Assembly (NCBI GenBank): GCA_040954595.2
Contig: CM082578.2
Span: 848,731-912,730, forward strand
Source: Balanoglossus misakiensis
Taxonomy: Eukaryota; Animalia; Hemichordata
Length of the DNA: 64,000 nucleotides
Reading direction: 5' to 3'
Shown here: piece after piece, positions 14,801 through 25,700 of the stretch
Layout of the letters: every line of letters begins with the position of its first letter
Position numbering within the stretch: position 1 is the stretch's first letter
Notes under the pieces: generated by a model
Database searches by the model: none
What the model was told of the DNA's origin: nothing
The model's input: the letters and a program-made list of their open reading frames with translations, nothing else
Translations under genes and position numbers: made by a program

Positions 14801-16746
14801 TACTCCATATATGATATTCATTTTGCAGTTTTTTCTCGAACAACTTCCTACCGATAAGGTCGTCACCCGGTGACCAGCACACAGACTTGTACACCGTAAC
14901 GCCATTCAAGGCCGTGATGTCGGGCGAGACTTAAAGTTATCAGAAATTGATTAAGTTCGTGGTTACAACAACTCACACATATTCATAATTATAGGCCAAT
15001 GTACCGAAATATCGTACGTTCGTTCAGTGCAGCACTCAAATGATATAGTTTTATAATAGGTCTGGTATGTTAGTCTTGCCAGTTCGCGTTCTTATTGCCG
15101 AAAGTTGGGTCATTTAGCTCGCTATCATCAACGGTGTAGTATGGTAATGTGGTGATAGGACGACGATGTAATAAGGGGTCAAAGGTGGAAGATCCTCGGA
15201 ATCTGACGAAAGATGGGTGAGGGACGATCGTTTAGGGTAGCCTCGATTTCGTTGAGGACCGTCTGTAGCTCATCAACAGACACGAAGCGTCGACCTAGAA
15301 CTTTTCTGTGAGATATTTTAGTGGGGAGCGCGTTTTGGTATAAAACACCATTCTACGCGGCAATTTGCATACAATTAGTGTTAAACACACCTGTTCTCGC
15401 ACGTTTAGTACAGGGTAAAGGTCACTTGCCCGTCGGACAAAAGACTTTTATTTTTCACTTGTCCGGGCTGTCCGATCTTCTCTATGTCATGATGCAGTTC
15501 CCAAAGAAGTACCAAAGGCAACAGTGGCAGTCACTGACTGCACACTTTGACAAATTTCACACGAAAACACAGATTAAAGCTGCAGTTGTTGCAACGTTTT
15601 TCGATCCCGTCACCAAGAAACGGATTTTTGTCATCCATGGCACCCAGCCACTTGCCAGAACCCTTGAAGCAAACGTTTCAACATTTCTGACTGTACCAGC
15701 GCATCCTAGTGATGATAATGATCAACAACCCCCAGAAAGCGTACTGCCAGATCTAAGAAACCACCATAAGAAGAAGCTCTCTTCGTTCACTTACTATGAT
15801 GTAAGAGAACTTTTACCAGCATTGGTAAAATGCACCACAAATCGTGCCCAACCTTTGTGGGACAGACCAGACATGAAGCCAGTATGGTGGCCAGCCGAAA
15901 CACCGTACTGCAACCCCAGTCGGCCCGGTAAAGTGGTTGCTTCAACGTCTTCGTGGGTCACGCGCATGAAAGACGTTGCTAAGTCATGTTACCAGTATTA
16001 TGGACAGGTCGAGTTGACAGGTACGTACCATTTAAACGGTTATTTAATTAGAATGGTGAAAGTTTGCTAGACATTACTCCTGAGAATGTATAGATTCAGC
16101 AATAAACAAAATCATCCGTTTTACACGAGCTATACATTCTTTTGAGATGAAGGCCTTGAAAACGAACATCGACTGACAAAGTTTAATTAACCACAGTACC
16201 GAAAATGACGTTTTTTTTGTTAAAAGTGGTTTTTAATTTTGTTCAGCTGGTCTCTTGGTAAGTACTTCTCTGCAAAACAGTGAGAATATTTTGGCTTACT
16301 AAACTTGTTCTCACTTTTTCACAGGCGATGATGAAGACAGTAGGCCTACTGATTGTCCGACTGGTGAGGGTGCAGCGGTTACCCGAGACCCACAACTTGA
16401 AAGCGATATTGCCCAATTTTTCTCAGGCAATAATGAAGTCAGTAGGCCAACTGATTGTCCGACTGGTGAGGGTGCAACCCAATATCCACAACCTGAAAAC
16501 GATATTGCTGGGCATTCTATTATAGGTAAGCGTGTCTTTTATTGCAACTATAATGTAGATCGTGAAGAGTCATAGTCTACAAGGTAAATGTTTTTAGCCT
16601 TGACTGTAAAAAAGAAAATGTAAAAATCATACACCAGGGTCCAGTACATACATTTTTGTTCTATTCGCATCATACAGTAAAATTATTCGTGCAGATTCAA
16701 ATTCGAAGTAAATTCCTCGATATCATCACTTGTTGCGCTTTTCTTG

Positions 16747-16777
<31 letters not shown>

Positions 16778-19700
16778 TGCGATGCATCGTACGTGTCATG
16801 TGAGACACTGTCGGGAGTTTGGACTTGGGTTTGTCGTGTCGAATTCACCTATGTCAAATTTATAAGCCACAGTCCCTCAAGAAAGACGGTCGGGAATCGC
16901 CCATTGTTCGGACGTGCGAATGAGGGGATTAGCTGTAGGATGCGCATTATGGTCACGTGACCACCTTAGAGTTGCGTTTTTTCCCCTTGGAAGCAAGCGG
17001 CAGTCGCCCTACTATCTATGATTTTCCCGATATGTTAGTTATGTTTGTGGAGGAACTGTGTATAAGCCAACTGACATCATTTTGTAGGTTTATATGATTC
17101 CGCTGGCAATTTTCAGGATCTAATACATTTGAATGCACCATACGATACGTGGCAATTTTATATTGAGTGTGCTCCGAGAAAAGTAACAGCGCAAAAATAG
17201 AGGACAGCGCGACATTGCACATTTATACGATATCGGATATTTATCGTCTAGTATCGTCTAAAACATTAAACTAGACTGTACTTTAACAACAACTTTGCCT
17301 GCTTCCCGACTATGTCGGACCTCAAAAATATCCGATAGTATCGATACTATCGATACTAGAGTCTAGTATCGTCTAAAACGTTAAAGTAGACTGCACTTTA
17401 ACAACAACTTTGCCTGCTTCCCGACTATGTCGGACCTCAAAAATATCCGATAGTATCGATACTATCGATACTAGAGTCTAGTATCGTCTAAAACGTTAAA
17501 GTAGACTGCACTTTAACAACAACTTTGCCTGCTTCCCGACTATGTCGGACCTCAAAAATATCCGATAGTATCGATACTATCGATACTAGAGTCTAGTATC
17601 GTCTAAAACGTTAAAGTAGACTGTACTTAAACAACAACTTTCAATACTAGACGATACGTGGTGTACTGACCTCTTGAGCCGTCAGTGTGGATTTTGTGTT
17701 TTTAACGTTTGGCATTTTCAGTCATGTGTATGTGTACATTTACCCAATTTAGTTCTACAATATTTACAAAGGTCATTTTCATCTTTTCTCTATAAAGGCA
17801 CAAACACAGAAGTTGGAGCAGTGCTATCATTCATACAGCATGAATCAGATCCTCACTACCTCACACAAGATCTGAGTACAATAAATTTTGAGGATCTTGG
17901 TAAGAAATATCCCTATTACAATGTATTACTTTCTTTATCACAGTGAAACCTCTCCAAGTTCTATGTTTAACCTCGACCATGTGGTGGAGTGATCGTGATT
18001 TAATATGTCTTAGCAAACTTAAATATACTTAAATATACTTAAACAACAAGCCAACCAACAGGGGAAAACGGGTTGTAACTGGAGAGATACAGACTGAATT
18101 TCTTGCTTACAATCCTTTAATCAAAACAATCACTCTTTATCTGTCCATTCAGTATTTATCTCTCCTGTTACAAGCAGTTTGTTCCACTCTGGTCAGTTTG
18201 ATTGCTATCATTGTCATTATGAATTTTGCAATTACTTAAGCAATAAAACACCCCCAGCCATGGTATACCACGAGATTTTTGACCAGTTCACGACATATAC
18301 GCACGAGCGATAGCGAGTGCGTATATGGAGTTGAACTGGTCAAAATCGAGTGGTATACCATGGCTGGGGTGTTTTATTGCTATTATATTATGCCAGTATA
18401 TTGAAACTTTGCATATAACATTTTAAAAAGGCATTTTCTTTGACTATGATATATGACTGTGGTATATGGCTAATATATCACGGTCACGTGTCGTGTCTCG
18501 ACCAATCAAATAGCGTGATTTACACCATCAATATACGGTATAATATAATAATTATTTAATAATAATGGTGTTAATGATTTTGTATTTGAATACACATAGT
18601 CATTTAAATGTGACTAGGACAATTATTATAGTTTAACCTTTGTTCAGTGGTTGTTTTATGTACTTCTTGTATGGAGAGAGGGATACCTCAGTGTTAAAAA
18701 ATACCAAATTTTGCTATGTGTCTGTAAAAAGGGGTAAAAGCCATTATGTAGTCAATAGGTTTTTAATTTTTATGTTTTACCTGTGTTCTGATGACTTAAG
18801 TAAAACTATTGAATAATGTCAACCAATACACTTCTATATTTCATTTTCTTTTCAGGTTCACATCCCATTCACCCATCACCCCAGCCAGCAACTCCATCAG
18901 CCAACAGTTCCATCAACACAAGTGCAGAATTATCACCAGTGTCTTACACACTACCACAGCAACAGCCAGCAGCACAAATCCAACAGCCAGAATCACCACC
19001 AGCAGCACAAATCCAACAGCCAGAATCACCACCAGCAGCACAAATCCAACAGCCAGAATCACCACCAGCAGCACAAATCCAACAGCCAGAATCACCACCA
19101 GCAGCACAAACCCAACAACCAGCATCACTACCGCCACGCCGCAGTCAACGGTCAGGAAGGAAGACCAGAAAAGTTCAAGATGATGAAGAACTGCAACAAG
19201 AGCTGGCAACCCTGAAGAAACTCCACCAAATGAAGAAATCAGGGGACCTTCTTGACCTGGTGCTCAGTTGCCCAATTCCCAAAAAAAGCGTCGGACAAAC
19301 CCATTCCATCTAGTGGCCCTAAAAAGACAAAATCCCACTGAGTACAACAGATTATTAACTGCATTTGAAGCATCAGAAGTTAGTGTGAATGTGGTTCTCC
19401 AGTTCATGCACCAGCACATAAAACAGTTCAAGAACCTGCAAATCGATCATGCAGAACAAGTTTTGGGCTTCATTTGTCAAAAACTCAACTTATGAGTTGA
19501 TATTTTCATTGTCTTTTAACTCTTTTTCCCATTCTTGTCTTTCTGTGTTAATTAATGTACATTTCAAAACGCAGTTATCAATCTGTTGTATTCTGCGGGA
19601 TTTTGTCTTTTTAGCTGGGAAAATGGGAATTTGGTCAAAACTCGGTAACTTAATTATTGGTCAGATTGCTTTGCAAAGTGGTGTGTACTTTATTGAGACA

Positions 19701-22700
19701 TCATATAGATTTTTTTGTGGTGATATCATAAAATGACTAATTTTGGTGAATTTTTTATCTTTTTCCCAAAATCTTCTTTTACAAAAAAACTTTTCAAATT
19801 CACAACAAAAATCATTTGAGGGTGTGTAGAGGTTTTTCATTTTTTTTTTTTTTGAATCATGGTAAGAATTCAATAGTATATTTTGGGGTGATTTTTGCCA
19901 TTTTTGGTCCAAACTCTCAGAACCCTCTACCCCCATTGCTTTTAAATTTGATTTGCAGGTTACCAGGTGTGTTCTCATAATGATTTACAAAATCTATGAT
20001 GAAAGTGTCAATATTTTGTGGGGGCAATATCTTGTATTTATGGTGCATACTTTCCAATTTTGATTTGAAAAAACTATATTTCTCAAAGTGTTGGGCTGAT
20101 TACAAATGTACTTTAGAATTTAAGTTGTGAGTTAATGGGATGGGGTTCTTTAAAATTGTAATGGAATCAAATCGTAGGTATTTCGGAATTTGGCTGTTCT
20201 ATTTGGTGTATGTACAGTACACGTGCCATTAGCAGCTTATGGGTCAGTGTTTGCCCATTGATCTCTCTCTATGTGTGTGTGTGTCTGTCTGTCTATGTAC
20301 TTCAGTGTAGACTTTTTCTTGATTAATCCCTAAATGGGACCAGTGTCCTTGACGCTGTTTTTGACAGTTATCTTTGAGTAGTGATTGTTTTTGACAAATA
20401 TGAACGGTATATTAAAATAACACTAAAGTCCACCTCGGGTGTGTGGTGTACTTCTTTATTCAATTTTATATACATGTGTGCCTGTGTAATGATTTGTGCA
20501 TTTCTTCTTTATTAACAAGTTTATCGGTGTACGGTAGTTCTCTTTTTTAAGGATGTGGTGGCCCTGAGAAGGGCCGTTTGGTATGTGTATGCAGAGCATA
20601 CGTCTCTGAGACGCTAAAAAACTTCCATGAAAACACCTCCGTAGTTGTCCTCTGATGACTGAATTTCTTCTTTAGTACCCTGCGAACACACCTCCTATAC
20701 ATTCCATCTCCCCATAGATGTATATGGCTGGTCTACATTCTCATTCTGATAACAAAATGGAAATTCGACACGTCAGTAACAAATACAATAAACTGTAAAA
20801 CACCACTTTCTCTTATGCATCTTGTTTTGTTTTGTCAGCACAGCAGCAATGTAAAACCATGCAGCAAGAATTTTACTGATACAGATGATAAAGCATCATG
20901 TTAAAGTTATCTTTTACCGTTTTCATCAGCACAGTTATAAAATCGCATGATTCCAAGCATCTCATGTCTTTGGGAATATGGGTCATCTTGTTACCTCGTG
21001 TAACACATCATCCATGGATTTGCCCTCTTCATTATGGACAGTTTGTCAGTACTTCTCAAAAACTGAAACAAAATAACAGACAGACTTTATATGACGGCAG
21101 TCATGGGGAGTGACTGTGATGATGGTCTACCGTTCATAAATCTGGAAAAATATAGTTTTTGTTTTCTTGAAGTGTCTAATGCTGCAGTCACACAATCAAC
21201 TGAAACAGTCAGAGAATTAATTAATAGTATTCTGTGTAATGTAAGTTGACCACAATGAAAGCAAGAATGGTCCTAAATCAATATAAATCCAGATGGTTTC
21301 AGCTATAACTCATTTGAAAAAATGTCCGAGCTAGACAGTTAAAGTGCGGTTTTCAGAACAAACAAAAGACCTTATACTTTATATCAGTCATTGCTTTCTG
21401 TTCAATTAAATAGAAAAATCGGAAAAACAAACTTATCTATTTTAAAACCTTGAACTACAAGTAGTTCAGGTGACTTTTCTTCTTTTGATTCCAGATTGCA
21501 AGGAACAGTCTGACATGGAAGATGAAATTATCTGGGGTCATATAAGATACTTGTGCCTTAATTTTCTGTAATGCTGCATTGCTCTGCTCACAGATCTGGG
21601 TATTTATGTTGGCCAAACTTCTGTTGTCCTTGTACTGTTGCAGGCTATAACCTGATGAACAACTGATCAGTAAAATATAAAAGAAGATTCTTCTGTGAAA
21701 ATTTTAACAGTATAAAACATAAACAATTTTTTCAGACAAATTGATATCGTTCCTTAGAAAATTGACACACATGCCCTGAATACATTTCAGATACCTGATT
21801 AACAGAGCTTATGAGCCAGTCAGAAGTTGTAATTTGAGCAAACCTGTTTATGTCACCAGTCCGGGTTATGTCTCTGAGTGGAATAATAGAATTGACCAAT
21901 CGGTGATTGCCATTGTGAAATTTGATTTTATCAGAGCAAAATCCTTTCCCTGTCTCCTACCTCCTAACTGACTCCAAATATGATGTGGTTAACTGGTCGT
22001 ATACTTCTTAGCTGTTCCAGTCAACTAAGCTCTGCAATTGCCAAACATAGATGATTTGAAAAATATTCTTTTGAGCTTTTTAATCTGATACTCACCCAAT
22101 GTGGTTTTTCCAATGGAGACGATCCACTAAGAAAACTGTCTTCATGAAATAGTTTGGTTCTCTGAAGAAAGACAAAAAATCACTTCATTAGTTCTAATCT
22201 TTATATTCTTGCTGAAAGGAGTAAGCAACGTCAATTCATCAAATTCTTGATTTTTTTTTTTGGGGGGGGGGGGGGGTAAAACACAAAATTAACCATATGA
22301 CAAGCTGACATCTCAATATGAAAAAATTGTAACAAAGTGGCTGCCAGACCACCATCTTGGATCATATCGCAAAAAAAAATGAGTTAAAGGCAAGGGTGGG
22401 CAAGCATAATTGAGCATAAAATAAAGCTTAGCCACCCTTCTCTTAAGTTTAACAGAAGTGTGGTAATCACATTAACATACAAAACAGTATATCAAGGTTG
22501 AAATAAGACTTACCGATTTAAACAGTACTGATGCAGCCGACATGCATTGTCATATATGACAATGGCTGGAGGTTGTCTTAGTCTTGTTGTCATAATGTTG
22601 AATGGCACTTCGGGTGACTCCACTTGCCTCATAGCCTGGAAGCCATAGCAGAACCCATGTTGACAGAACACAGTGAAAATGCCAGGTGATAACGTAGGGT

Positions 22701-25700
22701 GTTTGTTGGAGATCTTTTGGCAAGTGTCATCACCATGTGCAAGTCTGTCTTTGTCTTGCCGGTACAGAGGTTTCCTATTAAATGAAAAGTGAAAGCATGA
22801 TAACTAAGAGAATGGCAATGGCATGCATAGCACATGGGTACATAAACTTCCATTTTGAATACATATAAACATGTATACAGAAAGGTATGTCTAAGTGGGA
22901 AATGAAAATTCACAAAAGTAATGAAAATAATGCAAAAAGTGGCAGCTCTAGAGGCTTAAGACAGACTTCAATTAACTTTCAAGTTACAGTGAGATATCCT
23001 TACCCATGAAGCTTTGGTAGGCAAGGGAAGCAAGCTACAGGGTCTTCTATTGGATCTGGATATTGCACAGTACTATCAGGTCCCTGGTTACATACTTTGT
23101 ATGAGCTCCTCACTCGTAACAACACATCTCTAAGAAGGCGACGCACTTCTCTTGGGATACCATGAGGATTGTGCCCGAAATGTGACAGCAATTTGAAAAT
23201 AAGAGGAGCATCTTGCTGTACAATTTCAAGTTCCCCTTGATGTCTGCTGTCAAATATATCGAGTCCGTGTATTATTTTCTTGATGACATGTTTAGCCTGT
23301 GAATCTGGGGTCAATTGCAGAAGAGCACTTGCAGGCGAGTTTTTTGACAAATCTTGAAGAAATTGGCAGAACTCCTTTGGGGCTAGCAGATTTCTTCCGT
23401 GTCCACTGACGAGTTGGAGAAATTCCATAAGCGAATGGAGGTGACTGTACTTTCTCATCAAATTAATCATCACTGTGTACTCAAGGGGTGTAAGTGGTTT
23501 CTCAGCTGGCTTGTTGGTACTACAAAACTGTAATAACAGTTTCCTGACCTTGGCATTTGGTATATACACTCGGTCACAGTGACGTGTACCAATATCCAAA
23601 GGCTGGCCTTGGTCACGTGATGCCCTCTCTGGGTCTGGAAGTTCTTGCAAGAGGCGTTTGTTCAGTCCTACACTCGTACCATCACATATCAGAACAGAAG
23701 GCTGCAGCTCACATATAGGGCATTGGTATACAGTGCCATAATTTATGTCCAATAGCCTTGCAAATGCATTCCAGGCATTCCTAAGTTTGTGGTATTTCAA
23801 AGAAACAGACTCTGATAACATAGCATGTTTTTCAGAGTAGGCCCTATTTAAGAACAGAAAGAAAGATTAATGTCAGGTGATTGCCAGGAGTGAAAGAAAG
23901 TTTATAATGTTTATCTGTTGTAACATTTTTATACTGTACCTTCTCTGATAAGAGCCCCCAAATTAATGGGGGGTGGGGGTGAAAAGAATACAACCTGGTA
24001 CATCAAGAAATGTGTTTTTGGTGGGCTTCCTAATCACCCTGTAAATTATATCATGGGAAAAATGGCGCTCTTGAGCATGTGACAGGTCTAAACAATTATC
24101 GGACTGGTAAAAGCAACAATGAACTTTTGAAATTTGATGACTGACTATATGGGTAACAGCCTTCCCTAGAGAATATTTAGACAAAAATTTTGCTTACCAC
24201 CCCTTCGTTCAAGTATTAATGGGTAATTTCAGTATTGATCTTTCCTTGCTGAGCTACCAAATACATAAGTTCCCTAGTCAATGATTATATTTTTAGAAAT
24301 ACAAAGTATATGTACTTACCTATGGAAAGATGCCAACGGATTTCTGGACTCTACCATCAAATGAAGGTAGGAGAGTAATAAACTGTAGTGAATAATGTCC
24401 TTGTTGTTCAGATTAAACATCAAATCTCCATGCCCATCATAATGCAACCTGCACATACATGGACCAACACTTGGACGATAGTACACTGCAAGGAAAATAA
24501 TGACTATGTTAATATAATTACCAATACATGTAGGAGATCATTAGATAAGTGGGATGGAAGTTGCGTGTGGTCGAACGGTGATTCACTATATAGCCATATG
24601 TAGAATAATATTCACGGTGTCTTGTATCAATCAAACATTTTAATGGAAAAATGGCAGTGATCCAATGCAACCTTAAACCAATGGTACAGTAAATAAGGTT
24701 AACTTACCCTTGATAGTTTGTTCCTCTCCTTCTACATAAACATGCTGAAGTGAATGTGTCTCATAATACACAATGGCATCTCCAACAAGCCAATGTTGTT
24801 GTACAGGGTCATCAACATCCCATGCATGTCCATGTTGACAGGTAGAATGGGGGCCAGCACTTGGTATCTCGGGAATTAGATTATGCTGTACAGGCTGTTC
24901 TCCACTTTGTTGTTGTTGAAACTTTACCTTCAGAGAGTCATCAAGAGGGTATGAGATTGGCTTAAATGACACGCTTGGGAAAGTACTTTCTTTCAAAGTG
25001 CGTTCAGTTTCTTGAATCTCAACCTCATTTTGTCCATACCATATTCGGTATTCTTCAACATGGTCACATGTGGTTCTACCATATGCGCAGGTCTCACAGC
25101 TAAGTTTTTTACCAACATGTTTGTTCCTCAGAGATATTATATGTGTGTCTTCACCTATGGTAACACTAGTCAGGAACGGATTCAATGACAGGCAATCAAC
25201 AATGACTGATGTGTCTGCAGAGTTGGGGTCCACTTCAACAGGTACATCAGGAAAAAGTTCACTTGCTGCCCAGGCATGAAGACAGTATTTATTTTTTTCA
25301 GTTGTGATGAACTCATCAAAGTTTTCTGGTATCCCACGCTGAGATGAGGATAATCTGGCTGCTTGGATTAACCCATCCTGACATGAACATGTATACAGGA
25401 ACTCCTGAGACGTACTCTGCACACTGTAAAATCGCAGGTTACGTTTGACAATAACGTGCTGTGATATCAACTGCCCAGTCTCAATTTCACAATCTGACAA
25501 TACATATGTATTGCCAGATGATAGCTCCCACTTTCTGTTCTGGGCTTGTAACTGATGCAGGTATTCTTCCCTTGCGTTATTGCCAATTGTACCAACTACT
25601 GAAGATATTCTGAAGAGAAACAAACAAAACTTGGTCACATATAAACATTTATGTTCACTGATTCCTCTAAAAAAGTATCTATTGTTTTGAAAGAGCATAT

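Noticed and set aside
14691-14909. Third gene within the KDZ element
   Set aside because: Short ORF bounded by stops, no motif, and no linkable exons found.
15489-16020. The host NRF1 orthologue
   Set aside because: Too divergent for this normally highly conserved gene, lacks its other regions, and lies inside TIRs, so no gene symbol was given.
18809-19215. Alternative-frame and antisense repetitive ORFs
   Set aside because: Shadows of the 33-bp coding repeat; only the QQPESPPAA frame matches the splice phase.
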